The notes: generated by a model not told the origin, from the sequence alone. A stretch of 55,310 nucleotides of DNA from Treponema sp. (GCA_024681195.1 JAILBH010000173.1:1-55310); one strand, 5' to 3'; positions 8,212 through 18,333 are shown, numbered from the stretch's first letter. Made by a program: numbers and translations.

Positions 8212-10202
8212 TGTATCTGGAAATAATCTTAAATCTTCCAATAAATCAAGGATTTACATACTCTTATTTTCCACCAGAAAATGAAAAACCTGAGCTTGTT
8301 CCTCAGATTGGAAAACGTGCCGAAATCATGTTCGGAAATAAAAAAACAGAAGGTTTTATAATCGGGATTTCTGACAAGCTTCCTCAAAATCTTGGATTTG
8401 ATCCTGCAAAAATAAAACCAATAAAACGCATAATAGATAAGGAACCACTTTTTGGAGATGAACTCATAGAAATTGCAAGATGGCTTAGCCGTTATTATTT
8501 ATGTACTTTGGGCGAAGCTGTGTTTTCAATGATTCCAAGTGGAAGACGCGAAACCAGTGCCGGTGGTTTTGGTTTTGAGGAAGATATATCTGAATCCAAA
8601 AAAAATGTACTTTCCCAAGAGCAACAAAAATGTGTTAGTGAAATATTAAATTCTACTTCAACAAATCTTTATCATTATATTTATGGTCCAACCGGTTCCG
8701 GCAAAACAGAAGTTTTTCTTTCGCTTGCAGAAAAGATTCTGGAACAGGGAAAAGGTGTTATTTATCTTGTTCCCGAAATTGGTTTAACCGGGCAGGTTGT
8801 ACGTTCTGTTACAAACCGTTTTGGAAAAACAGCTGCAGTTCTTCATTCAGGACTTACCCCTTCCCAGCGCTTAAAGGAATGGAACCGCATTATGCATAAG
8901 GAAGCAAGAGTTGTTATTGGAGCTCGTTCAGCTGTCTTTGCTCCCCTTCCAGACCTGGGACTCATAATAATTGATGAAGAACATGACGGTTCTTATAAAT
9001 CAGGAAACAATCCCCGTTATCATGCAAGACAGGTTGCAATGCACCGCTGCTCGAATTTAAAGATTCCTTTGATTATGGGAAGCGCAACTCCAAGTGTAGA
9101 AGCCTGGTACGGAATGCAGAACAATTCCATTATTAAGCATACACTTAGCAAAAGACTTGCCGGTGGAGAAATGCCTCATATTTCCTGTATAGATTTAAAA
9201 CTATATCATACCGAAGGTGCAATTTCTTCTCCGCTTGAACAGCAGATAAAAGCAGTTCTTGCAAAAAAGCATCAGGTAATTTTATTTTTAAATAGACGCG
9301 GCTTTACACACTTTTTTAACTGTAATATGTGTGGTTATGAGCTTAAGTGCAAAAACTGTTCAGTTCCTTTAACATATCATAAATCCGAAAACAGGCTTAA
9401 ATGTCATTACTGCGGCTGGTCAACAGTTCCACCATCAAGCTGTCCTTCCTGTGGATCTATAGAAATCGGGTCTTCCGGTTTTGGAACAGAATACATAGAA
9501 GCCGAAACCAAAGCAAAATTTCCAAATGCTAAAATTGTCAGAATGGATACGGACATTCTTAAAAACAAGGATGAACTTCTTACGACTCTTGAAGATTTTA
9601 GAAACGGCAAATACGATATTATGCTTGGAACTCAGATGGTTGCAAAGGGATTGAACTTCCCTAACCTGGAGCTTGTTGGTGTAATTCTTGCAGATGCCGG
9701 ACTTCATATGCCCGATTTTCGTGCAGGTGAACGAACCTTCTCTTTAATTACACAGGTAGCCGGAAGAGCCGGCCGATACTTTCCAGATGGAAAAGTTATT
9801 GTGCAAACCTACAGTCCCGGACAAGAGCCGGTTTATTTTGCCTGTACAAATAAGCTTCCTGATTTTTATAATTGGGAACTTGAACAAAGACGGCTTATGG
9901 AGTTTCCTCCTTTTTCAAGATTATTGCGACTTGTATTCAGAAGTTATGATAAAGCAAATGCACGCGAAACTGCCCTTCAGGCTTTTAAAATTCTGTCAGA
10001 AAAATCTTCAAAGGGAGTAGAAATTATAGGCCCTGCAGAATGCCCTATAGAAAAAATTAATTCTTCCTGGAGATATCAGATTCTTTTAAAAGCTTCTTCA
10101 ATTGTTCCGCTTCAGGCAATGGCGAGGAGCTTACTTTCTGACTATACACACAATCAGAATGTTTATATTGAATATGATGTTGATCCTGTAAGTTTATTAT
10201 AA
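8211..10202 (+). CDS. priA: Primosomal protein N' (replication restart helicase)
   Basis: GPTGSGKTEV, DEEHD, SATPS, four CxxC motifs, QVAGRAGR. Confidence 0.97.
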   Translation: MYLEIILNLPINQGFTYSYFPPENEKPELVPQIGKRAEIMFGNKKTEGFIIGISDKLPQNLGFDPAKIKPIKRIIDKEPLFGDELIEIARWLSRYYLCTLGEAVFSMIPSGRRETSAGGFGFEEDISESKKNVLSQEQQKCVSEILNSTSTNLYHYIYGPTGSGKTEVFLSLAEKILEQGKGVIYLVPEIGLTGQVVRSVTNRFGKTAAVLHSGLTPSQRLKEWNRIMHKEARVVIGARSAVFAPLPDLGLIIIDEEHDGSYKSGNNPRYHARQVAMHRCSNLKIPLIMGSATPSVEAWYGMQNNSIIKHTLSKRLAGGEMPHISCIDLKLYHTEGAISSPLEQQIKAVLAKKHQVILFLNRRGFTHFFNCNMCGYELKCKNCSVPLTYHKSENRLKCHYCGWSTVPPSSCPSCGSIEIGSSGFGTEYIEAETKAKFPNAKIVRMDTDILKNKDELLTTLEDFRNGKYDIMLGTQMVAKGLNFPNLELVGVILADAGLHMPDFRAGERTFSLITQVAGRAGRYFPDGKVIVQTYSPGQEPVYFACTNKLPDFYNWELEQRRLMEFPPFSRLLRLVFRSYDKANARETALQAFKILSEKSSKGVEIIGPAECPIEKINSSWRYQILLKASSIVPLQAMARSLLSDYTHNQNVYIEYDVDPVSLL

Positions 10203-10997
10203 TTATATGTGACGTCTAGTTCCGTCAAAATTTATTTTGTATAAAAATAATCCTGTAGGAGGCGCCGTTACGCCTGCTTTTGTTCTGTCGCGTGACTCAA
10301 GGATTTTTTGCATTGCATCTGGTGGCGCAGCGTTTTTATCAAGATTAACAAGAGTACCGGTAAGAGTTCTTACCATTTTCCATAAAAATGCATTTGCTTC
10401 AATTTCAAAAACCAGCTGGTCTTTTCCCCATCTGTCTTTTTGAATAAAAAAATGTGCGTTATCAATATAGCGGTTTGTAGAAAGACTTTCGTCTCCACTG
10501 GCAGCAAAAGCCGCACAATCAAGTTCACCACGAAGGCATTGGGTATATTGATTTAATCGTTTAAGATCCGGAGTATAGTTTGGTACATACCATGAAAATC
10601 TTGCGTTATCTGCCGAAACAAAATCTCCAAACGAAATAAAATATCTGTAAGTCCTGCTCGTTGCTGATTTACGTGAACTAAAATCTTCTGCAACGGCCTG
10701 TGCATCAACAATCCTTACATCATCGGGTAAAAAGGAATTAAGCGCACGCACATAATTTTGTGCAGGCATTGAATCAAGCGGAGAATAAAAATTTGCCGCC
10801 TGAGCTAAAGCATGTACACCACTGTCTGTGCGGCCTGATCCATATAAAGTTAGTTTTTCCTTACAAAGTTTTTCTAAAGCGGCTTCAATCTCTGCCTGTA
10901 CAGTTCTGTTAGCCTGACCGCCATCTTTATCATCCTGACGCTGCCAGCCGCAAAAATCTGTGCCATCGTAAGATACAGTAAGTAAAATATTCTGCAT
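10203..10997 (-). CDS. truA: tRNA pseudouridine(38-40) synthase
   Basis: SYDGTDFCGWQRQ, SGRTDSGVHA, FLWKMVR, TAPPTGL. Confidence 0.96.
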   Translation of the reverse strand: MQNILLTVSYDGTDFCGWQRQDDKDGGQANRTVQAEIEAALEKLCKEKLTLYGSGRTDSGVHALAQAANFYSPLDSMPAQNYVRALNSFLPDDVRIVDAQAVAEDFSSRKSATSRTYRYFISFGDFVSADNARFSWYVPNYTPDLKRLNQYTQCLRGELDCAAFAASGDESLSTNRYIDNAHFFIQKDRWGKDQLVFEIEANAFLWKMVRTLTGTLVNLDKNAAPPDAMQKILESRDRTKAGVTAPPTGLFLYKINFDGTRRHI

Positions 10998-11896
10998 TAT
11001 AAATCGTCGTCTTTAAGTTCTTTTGTAAGGTTATCGTATAATTCCCTTGCATGTTCAAGCAATGGACCAGGTTTGTTTTTTGAAGATTTACCAAGTCCAA
11101 AAATACGGGCTATGGCAGTTTTTGATTCACTAAGCTTTTTAAGGCGAAGTTGAATATCTTCTGTCTGACCATATTTATATTCAAGAAGTCCATTCAAGTA
11201 TACAACACCATCCCAGCCATAATTCTTATCCATATCCGGACCAAAATTATTTAAGGTTGAACATTTTTCGGTACGAGCCTGTTCATTCTGTAAAGCCTGC
11301 TGATAAAAGAAAAGTGCTTTTCTATAAAAAACCTGAGAAACGTAATCATAGTTATGATCTGCACAGGCATCATCTATTTCTTTTGTAAGCCATGCAAGTC
11401 TTAAACAGATTATTGCCTTTTTAAGTGTCGGGAGCATTTCTGCATCACAAACATCATAAGTCTGTAAAGCCATATAATACATTGCAGCTCCATCATAAAG
11501 AGTGCGCTCTTTTTTTAAATTAAAATATGGGAATATTACTTCTGTTGCCTTCTTACGTTTTTCATAATTATCATAAATTCTGTCTGCAACTTCCTGATTT
11601 TTTATAGTTGTAAAGTCACTCCAGAGAAATGCTGCATAACAGTTTGGACAGCAGCCAACTTCATAAATAAGAGGATAAACTTTTCCATATTTAGCGGATG
11701 GAATATAATCACGATGAAGCTCATCCGAAAGATTACCTGCATTCATACGACCATTACCGCTACGCATGATTTCTCTATCAAATGCTTTTTTACAAACCGG
11801 ACAATTACATTTATCTTTAGACCAGTAAGATATAGATGCTTTTTTTTCTGTTCCAGCTGCTGCACTTTTACTCTTTGATGAAGATGAATACGCCAT
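10997..11896 (-). CDS. DUF2225-like zinc-ribbon/TPR protein
   Basis: CPVC...CPNCYAA followed by LRLAWL helical repeats; GGAG SD. Confidence 0.75.
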   Translation of the reverse strand: MAYSSSSKSKSAAAGTEKKASISYWSKDKCNCPVCKKAFDREIMRSGNGRMNAGNLSDELHRDYIPSAKYGKVYPLIYEVGCCPNCYAAFLWSDFTTIKNQEVADRIYDNYEKRKKATEVIFPYFNLKKERTLYDGAAMYYMALQTYDVCDAEMLPTLKKAIICLRLAWLTKEIDDACADHNYDYVSQVFYRKALFFYQQALQNEQARTEKCSTLNNFGPDMDKNYGWDGVVYLNGLLEYKYGQTEDIQLRLKKLSESKTAIARIFGLGKSSKNKPGPLLEHARELYDNLTKELKDDDL

Positions 11897-11923
11897 AAAA
11901 CACTCCGCACTTTATACTATAAA

Positions 11924-12295
11924 CTATTTTTCTATAATTACAACTGCAACTGCATTATTTCTTTCATGACTTAAAGAAACATGCAGCTTACAGTCACCAA
12001 ATATTTCTTTTAATTTTTTCTGGGCAGAGCCCATAACCTTAAGTATAGGTTTTCCGTTAGCTTCACTTTTTATATAAACATCACTTAAATTAAAACCTGT
12101 GATTCCGGTTCCCAAAGCTTTTCCAAAAGCTTCTTTTGCAGCAAAACGTGCCGCATAGTGTTCTTTCTGGAAAATTATATTTGGATTAGAACATTGTTCT
12201 TCTTTATTAAAAAACCTGTCAATCATTTCTGGTTTTTCTATCCAGGTAAGAAAGCGCTCAACAGTTGTCATATCAATTCCTATTCCACAGATCAT
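11924..12295 (-). CDS. acpS: Holo-ACP synthase
   Basis: GIGID, AARFAAKEAFGKALGTG, SLSHE. Confidence 0.96.
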   Translation of the reverse strand: MICGIGIDMTTVERFLTWIEKPEMIDRFFNKEEQCSNPNIIFQKEHYAARFAAKEAFGKALGTGITGFNLSDVYIKSEANGKPILKVMGSAQKKLKEIFGDCKLHVSLSHERNNAVAVVIIEK

Positions 12296-13263
12296 TCTAC
12301 CGCCTCACTTTGAATTTCATTTTTTAATTCTACTATTTTTACATGAACAGATTCATCGGCTCCATCCTGCAGTGTCAAATAAGATGGAACACTATAACTT
12401 ACAGGAATCTCATATTCTCCTTCTTCGTTTATACCTCTTAAATCAACAACTGCAAAACGCTGTGTTGGAGTATAATTTTCGAGAACAGGGACGGTTCCAG
12501 AAAGTGTAAAGTTAATTACAGGGGTTCCTTCTTCAAGATAGAATTTTTCATTAAGGCCTGTAACATTTACTTCATAATTTTCAAACTCCCGTTCCATCTG
12601 CATTGGTTCAATAATGCAGGTAACTTCAACAGGAGTATTTTTTGTAATTGTAAGAATTTTGTTCAAAGGTCGTAAATTTACAGTAAAGCTTTCTTTCTTT
12701 GCTGTATCTGTAATATCAACTATTTCGGTGTAAACTTTTTGTGTACTCTTTATAATTGATTCTGGTCCAGTTACTTCTACAAATTGAGGATTAACTATAA
12801 CTGAAGTAAGTTCATAACCATGTTCAGGAGTTCCGTTTACAACAGGTTCAATAGGAATACTCTTTAAGTCTTTATTTTCTACACGAATTTTTATGTACTC
12901 CGGTTTTACTTTTATTTCAAAAGGATCAAATACACGTATTTCATCTGCAACATTAACTCTTACCGGAAGTGTGTATTCTCCGCTTTTTGCAATACCGTCT
13001 AAACTTACATATGCATTAAGCTGGCTAGAATGAACAGAGGAAATCTGCTCTGTGTTTGCACGAACAGTTACAGTTACATTGTTTGTATAATCTCCAATAT
13101 GGATTACACCACCCTCTTCTTCGAGCTGAACAGGAATTACAAAGGATCTTTTATCTGTAAGTGAAGCCTGATGAAACAGGTATAAACAGATAGCTATAAT
13201 GAGACAGCAAACCTTTACAGGCCATTTATTGAGGATTTTATTAAAGAACTGGTTTACTTTCAT
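12292..13263 (-). CDS. cdaR: CdaR/YbbR-domain regulator of diadenylate cyclase
   Basis: N-terminal TM helix plus repeated YbbR-like domains (V.V.GPES); directly downstream of cdaA. Confidence 0.85.
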   Translation of the reverse strand: MKVNQFFNKILNKWPVKVCCLIIAICLYLFHQASLTDKRSFVIPVQLEEEGGVIHIGDYTNNVTVTVRANTEQISSVHSSQLNAYVSLDGIAKSGEYTLPVRVNVADEIRVFDPFEIKVKPEYIKIRVENKDLKSIPIEPVVNGTPEHGYELTSVIVNPQFVEVTGPESIIKSTQKVYTEIVDITDTAKKESFTVNLRPLNKILTITKNTPVEVTCIIEPMQMEREFENYEVNVTGLNEKFYLEEGTPVINFTLSGTVPVLENYTPTQRFAVVDLRGINEEGEYEIPVSYSVPSYLTLQDGADESVHVKIVELKNEIQSEAVE

Positions 13264-14056
13264 CGATCGTATCCTCTATATTTTTGGCTTCTGGTGGTAA
13301 TTCAAGAAGCTTTTCCAGAATTTTGGTAAGCTCACTCATATCCAGGTCGTAATTCAATTTGGAATCGTAAGCCAGACTTATTGCTCCAGTTTCTTCTGAT
13401 ACAACAAGAACAACGGCATCAGAAGCTTCTGAAAGTCCAAGAGCGGCTCTATGGCGGGTTCCAAAGGTTTTTTTGATATTATAATCTTCACTTAAAGGAA
13501 GAAAACATCCTGCGGCTAAAAGCTTTCCACCCTGAATAAAACAGGCTCCATCATGCAGCGGAGTATCTTTACCAAAAATTGTTACTAAAAGACTTGAAGA
13601 AAGATCTGCATTTAATTTTGTTCCCGACTGCATAAAATTATCGAGTTTTGTGTGACGAAGGAACACTGCAAGCATACCTCGTCTTTCTTTGGAAAGCATT
13701 TCGGCGGCTGTAAGGACAGCATCAACATAAGTATGCTTTGATCTTGAACCAAATGCAAACCATCTGCTCTGTCCGATTTTAAGAAAGAGCTTTCTGATTT
13801 CCGGCTGGAAAATAACTGCAAATGCAATAATAAGTCCCGGAGCAAGAACGCGAAGAATCCATAAAATAGTGTTGAGCTTTAAGAATTCTGCAATACCGTA
13901 GGCAATAAAAACAATAACCGCAGATTTTAAAAGCTGAATACTGTTTGATTTTGTAATAAAATCGTATGCCTTATACAATAAAAAAGTGAGGACGGCAATA
14001 TCTATAACAGGGCGAATAAAATCGTAAATGTAAAGTAACTTATTAAAAACTTCCAT
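13241..14056 (-). CDS. cdaA: Diadenylate cyclase
   Basis: Three TM helices, FQPEIR, TPLHDGA, GTRHRAALG, VSEETG. Confidence 0.96.
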   Translation of the reverse strand: MEVFNKLLYIYDFIRPVIDIAVLTFLLYKAYDFITKSNSIQLLKSAVIVFIAYGIAEFLKLNTILWILRVLAPGLIIAFAVIFQPEIRKLFLKIGQSRWFAFGSRSKHTYVDAVLTAAEMLSKERRGMLAVFLRHTKLDNFMQSGTKLNADLSSSLLVTIFGKDTPLHDGACFIQGGKLLAAGCFLPLSEDYNIKKTFGTRHRAALGLSEASDAVVLVVSEETGAISLAYDSKLNYDLDMSELTKILEKLLELPPEAKNIEDTIDESKPVL

Positions 14057-14091
14057 TTGAGTCTAACACTTATTAAAAGTATTATAACACA

Positions 14092-14871
14092 TTAGTTTAG
14101 AAATTTCATTACATTTAACGAATCAATTGCATCTAAAACGTCATGAACACGTATTATTTTTGCACCTTTTTGAACAGAAATAATATCTGCTGTCACTGTT
14201 CCGGTAAGCCGCTGCTCTACAGGTCTTCCTGTCATCATACCAATGCTTGATTTGCGGGAAAGTGCCATCAAAACCGGATAGCCCAGGGAACAAAGCTTAT
14301 CTGTATATTTAATGGCTTCTACATTCTGTTCAAAGCTTTTTCCAAAGCCAATTCCAGGATCCAGAATAATTTTATTGTGTGAAATACCTTTTTTTTGGCA
14401 GAATTCTGCTTTTTTCTTAAGATAGCTGCAGATTCCGTCTATTCCCTCTCCTTCATGATGCATAAGAATTACACTTGCATCTGCATCTGCAATTTCCATA
14501 AGTGTAGAATCATCATTATCAAAAGACAAAACATTATTGATTATATCAACGCCGCATTCCAAAGCTTCTGAAATTACAGCAGGTTTTGTAGTATCTATAG
14601 AAAGTACAACATCTGTATTTTTTCTAAGTTTTTCTATAAGCGGAATTACCCTGTCAAGTTCTTCCTGTTCATCCACCGGAGTAAAACCTGGACGTGTAGA
14701 TTCTCCGCCAATATCTATGATATCTGCTCCATCTTCTACAAGCTTCATGGCAAGATCAAAATCACCCCTGCTGTTTTCATAAAACGAATCTGGAGTTGCA
14801 TTTACAATTCCCATAACAAACGCAGGACGTTCTGTAGAAATTGTTTTTTTCCCAAAGGTCATACTAAACAT
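14092..14871 (-). CDS. folP: Dihydropteroate synthase
   Basis: MGIVNATPDSF, DIGGESTRPG, DPGIGFGK, SRKS, RVHDV. Confidence 0.96.
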   Translation of the reverse strand: MFSMTFGKKTISTERPAFVMGIVNATPDSFYENSRGDFDLAMKLVEDGADIIDIGGESTRPGFTPVDEQEELDRVIPLIEKLRKNTDVVLSIDTTKPAVISEALECGVDIINNVLSFDNDDSTLMEIADADASVILMHHEGEGIDGICSYLKKKAEFCQKKGISHNKIILDPGIGFGKSFEQNVEAIKYTDKLCSLGYPVLMALSRKSSIGMMTGRPVEQRLTGTVTADIISVQKGAKIIRVHDVLDAIDSLNVMKFLN

Positions 14872-16744
14872 TTGAAAATTCCTTTATTGCTTTTGCAATA
14901 CACGCAGGACAAAGCCCTGCTTCTTCCAGGATCTGATTGCGAGTTCCGTGAGGATAATACTTATCGTCAAAGGCCAGAATCTTTGTTTTAAGATACTTAT
15001 TCAAGGCAAGACAGCCTCTTAAATGCTCACTTATTCCACCGGTTAAAACTCCATCTTCTACAAAAAGAACACCCTTATATTGAGTTGCAAGGTCAATAAA
15101 ATATTCTTCATCAAAAGGCTTTATAAATCGTAAAAGATAAATGTCTGCTTTAAATTTCTGTGCTTCAGGCAATTTAAGAGCTGCTTCTACCTCGGCATAC
15201 ATGCTTCCGGTTGCAACAATAAGATATTTATTGCGTACAGATTTTCCTTCACAGGTAATAAGGATTCCACGACCACTGCGTACCTTTTGAGCAAACTCCG
15301 GTCGTTCAGGAGGACAAACAGTTTTTGGAAGGCGGATTACAACAGGAGAAGCAACATCAACCGCATAATCAAAACAAAGACTCAGATCTTTAGAACTTGA
15401 AGGGCTTAAAATCTGCAGTTCCGGAATTGGTCTGAATAATGCAATATCAAACAAGCCTTGATGTGTAACACCGTCATTTGGTACAACACCGGCTCTATCC
15501 AGAATAAAAATACAATGTGATTTTTGAAGTGAAACATCATGAATCATCTGATCCACAGCACGCTGTATAAAAGTGGAATATATACAGACTACAGGTATAA
15601 GTCCGCCCCGAGCCTGACCGCCTGCAAAGGTTACGGCATGTTCTTCTGCAATTCCTGTATCAAAAAAGCGTGATTTGAATCTATGACTGAATTCTGTTAG
15701 TCCTGTACCCTGAGCCATTGCAGCTGTTATTGCAGTAAGCTTTTCATTTTTTTCGGCAGCCTCAACAATTATTGAACTAAAGGCTTGTGTAAAGCTTACA
15801 GAATTATCCGGCTGGGTTGAACCATCAGAAATATTAAATGGGCCAACTCCATGAAAATTCTCCGGATTTGTTTCTGCTGGTGCGTATCCTTTTCCTTTTT
15901 TTGTTACAACATGAACAACAACCGGTCGACTAAGATTCCGAACCTTTTTTAATACATTTTCAAGGACTAATTCATTATGACCATTTAATGGACCAACATA
16001 TTCAAAACCAAGATCTGTAAAAAGATTGTTTGCAAGTAAAAGACCTTTAAGGGAACGCTTAAAACGGAAAATTAATTTATCCAGAGGGCGACCAAAGCTT
16101 GGCATCTTTTCTACCATCTTTTCTACAACCTTATCCACCCTGTATCTGAACGACTGATATCCATGTGACATTGTAAGACGGCTTAAATAGCGCGAAACTG
16201 CACCTGTATTATGGTCTATGGACATCTGGTTATCATTAAGAATTACAATAAGATTTTTTCTCATCTGGCCTGCGTTTGATAGTCCTTCAAAAGCCATTCC
16301 GCCGGTTAATGCTCCATCACCAATTACTGCAATAACCTTTCCGTCTTTTTTTTCGAGATTCCAGGAAGTCAATAGTCCCAGTGCAGAAGAAATTGAAGTT
16401 GAAGAATGTCCTTCAATAAAATAATCGTGTTCACTTTCATCTGAATTTGTAAAGCCCGAAATTCCATCCTTCTGGCGGAGAGTATCAAAATCCTTATATC
16501 TGCCGGTTAAAAGCTTATGAGTATAGCACTGATGACTTACATCAAAAATAATAGCGTCATTTGGAGAATCAAAAACTCTGTGAAGTGCAATTGTAAGTTC
16601 TACAACACCAAGATTACTTGCAAGGTGTCCACCGTTTTTTGAAACAGTTTTTATTATTTTTTGTCGGATTTCTGAAGCAAGCTCTTTTATCTGATTACGA
16701 GAAAGCTCTTTTATATCTTTTGGCGAATGAATTTCTTCAAGCAT
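14864..16744 (-). CDS. dxs: 1-deoxy-D-xylulose-5-phosphate synthase
   Basis: GGHLASNLGVVEL, GDGALTGGMAFE, LNDN, GIAEEHAV, DRAG...THQG. Confidence 0.97.
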   Translation of the reverse strand: MLEEIHSPKDIKELSRNQIKELASEIRQKIIKTVSKNGGHLASNLGVVELTIALHRVFDSPNDAIIFDVSHQCYTHKLLTGRYKDFDTLRQKDGISGFTNSDESEHDYFIEGHSSTSISSALGLLTSWNLEKKDGKVIAVIGDGALTGGMAFEGLSNAGQMRKNLIVILNDNQMSIDHNTGAVSRYLSRLTMSHGYQSFRYRVDKVVEKMVEKMPSFGRPLDKLIFRFKRSLKGLLLANNLFTDLGFEYVGPLNGHNELVLENVLKKVRNLSRPVVVHVVTKKGKGYAPAETNPENFHGVGPFNISDGSTQPDNSVSFTQAFSSIIVEAAEKNEKLTAITAAMAQGTGLTEFSHRFKSRFFDTGIAEEHAVTFAGGQARGGLIPVVCIYSTFIQRAVDQMIHDVSLQKSHCIFILDRAGVVPNDGVTHQGLFDIALFRPIPELQILSPSSSKDLSLCFDYAVDVASPVVIRLPKTVCPPERPEFAQKVRSGRGILITCEGKSVRNKYLIVATGSMYAEVEAALKLPEAQKFKADIYLLRFIKPFDEEYFIDLATQYKGVLFVEDGVLTGGISEHLRGCLALNKYLKTKILAFDDKYYPHGTRNQILEEAGLCPACIAKAIKEFSNV

Positions 16745-16750
16745 ATAATT

Positions 16751-16786
16751 AAAAAAAAAGGGGTTGTCATATAGAACAAACCCCTT
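16751..16786 (-). terminator. Intrinsic terminator after the bS22 gene
   Basis: Minus strand AAGGGGTTTGT-TCTATATG-ACAACCCC followed by T9. Confidence 0.8.
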
Positions 16787-16814
16787 ATCTGAAACACAAG
16801 CTATCGACTAGCAA

Positions 16815-16904
16815 CTACTTGCTCTTATGTCGATTTCTTCTAAGCATCTTCTTTCGCTTATGTGTCGCCATCTTCTGGCGCTTTCTTTTCTTACCACAAG
16901 GCAC
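16815..16904 (-). CDS. 30S ribosomal protein bS22 (AURKAIP1/COX24-type basic peptide)
   Basis: GTG start, MPCGKKRKRQKMATHKRKKMLRRNRHKSK (29 aa), AGGAG SD, TTGACT upstream, terminator downstream. Below the ORF-track cutoff. Confidence 0.85.
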   Translation of the reverse strand: MPCGKKRKRQKMATHKRKKMLRRNRHKSK

Positions 16905-16977
16905 GATGGCACTCCTACTTTATAAAGTGTTATTATTATTACAAAAAAATAAGTTTTAGTCAAGTATTTGCAAGCTT

Positions 16978-17913
16978 TTAGACTTTGGCCTTAATCCATA
17001 AATAGATTTCTTCTATATTTTGTTCATAATCAAAATGTTTGCCAAAATCAATATCGCGTACATATGTAAATTGTTTTTTTGCATATTTTCTGCTGTTGTG
17101 TTTTATAGCTTCAATTATTTGTCCCCGTTCAGGATATTCAAACCATTCATGATAACCTATTGCCTTAAGTCCAGGCATATCTTTTGTATAACCGGCTTTT
17201 ATGAGTGAGTGAACTTCTTCTTCAAGGCCCTGCTCCAGCATAAGATCTACCCGTTTATTTATGCGTTCATACAAAAGCTTACGGGGTGGCTCCAGAACAA
17301 TAAAAATAAAATCGTATTGGGAGCGGAGCTTTGGTTCTATTGCAAAATCTGTTCGCGTTTTTCCACTTAGATAATAAATTTCTAATGCACGACAGATTCT
17401 GTAAGAATCGTTTTGATGGATTTTGGAAGCACTAACCGGGTCAATTGATTTTAGTTCATTGTATAATGCGGCATTACCTTCTGATGCAAGTCTTGTTTTT
17501 AATTTTTCACGTAATTGAGGATCGCTTACAGGAGTTGGTGCAACGCCATACAAAAAGTTACGTATATAAAAACCGGTTCCTCCGCATACAACAGGAGTTT
17601 TTCCACGCCCAGCAATATCAAGACAGGCCTTGTCTGCAGCTTTAACAAAATCACTTACATTATACTGCTGGTCGGGATTTAATATATCAATAAGATGATG
17701 TGGAATAAGTTTTCTTAGTTCGGGTTCTGGTTTTGCGGTTCCAATGTTCATTCCACGATAAACAGCCTGGCTATCTGCACTGATTATTTCTGCGTTTAAA
17801 ATAAAATGACTGCCCGACTCAGAAAATAATTCTTTTGTAAGGGCAGTCTTTCCAGAAGCTGTTGGCGCAAAAATGACTATTACAGGAATCTTTTGAACCT
17901 GTGATTCATTCAT
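16978..17913 (-). CDS. miaA: tRNA dimethylallyltransferase
   Basis: APTASGKT, SADSQAVYRGMNIGTAKP, GGTGFY, AIGYHE. Confidence 0.96.
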   Translation of the reverse strand: MNESQVQKIPVIVIFAPTASGKTALTKELFSESGSHFILNAEIISADSQAVYRGMNIGTAKPEPELRKLIPHHLIDILNPDQQYNVSDFVKAADKACLDIAGRGKTPVVCGGTGFYIRNFLYGVAPTPVSDPQLREKLKTRLASEGNAALYNELKSIDPVSASKIHQNDSYRICRALEIYYLSGKTRTDFAIEPKLRSQYDFIFIVLEPPRKLLYERINKRVDLMLEQGLEEEVHSLIKAGYTKDMPGLKAIGYHEWFEYPERGQIIEAIKHNSRKYAKKQFTYVRDIDFGKHFDYEQNIEEIYLWIKAKV

Positions 17914-17915
17914 TT

Positions 17916-18113
17916 TTACTGCTTTTCTTCTATACGATAATTAACGATGTGATTAAAAAGCTGACGTGCAGCAACACATACAACTTTGTCTGAGTTTGCA
18001 GCAATTTCAGGGTCGTTTACTTTTGCCATCTGATAAGCACGACGGCTTGCAGCAACTGTGATTTCGTAAATATTATCATTGAATTGAACGAGTTGTTCCA
18101 AAGGAAAAATCAT
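17916..18113 (-). CDS. rpoZ: RNA polymerase omega subunit
   Basis: MIFPLEQLV...NIYEITVAASRRAYQ; GAGG SD before ATG 18113. Confidence 0.85.
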   Translation of the reverse strand: MIFPLEQLVQFNDNIYEITVAASRRAYQMAKVNDPEIAANSDKVVCVAARQLFNHIVNYRIEEKQ

Positions 18114-18139
18114 TATTATACCTCTTATAAGAATATAAT

Positions 18140-18168
18140 ATTTTAACAATATATGATTATATGGTCAA
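18140..18168 (-). promoter_or_regulatory. sigma70 promoter for rpoZ-miaA
   Basis: Minus strand TTGACC-N17-TAAAAT with an extended TG. Confidence 0.75.
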
Positions 18169-18186
18169 TAGAAGATTATATTATAA

Positions 18187-18333
18187 AAAAACTGGCTTCC
18201 AGTCGAGTTCGTATTTCAAAACCGCAGGCTCGCCTGCTACACGCTGAAGTGCCTTGTAATTATATACATGGCCGCCTTGCGGCCGCACTTCAGAGTGTTT
18301 TTGAAATACGCCCTCTCCTTCGCGCCAGTTTTT
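18187..18333 (-). repeat. Structured intergenic element, copy A (homolog of 49961..50110)
   Basis: Terminal IR AAAAACTGGC/GCCAGTTTTT with nested stems; 59-nt core 57/59 identical to 50000..50058 in the opposite orientation. Confidence 0.9.

Noticed and set aside
12292-14056. cdaA-cdaR with folP/acpS plus a distant DHH protein as a novel signalling system
   Set aside because: This is an ordinary c-di-AMP module, and nothing in the sequence links it to the DHH gene 37 kb away.
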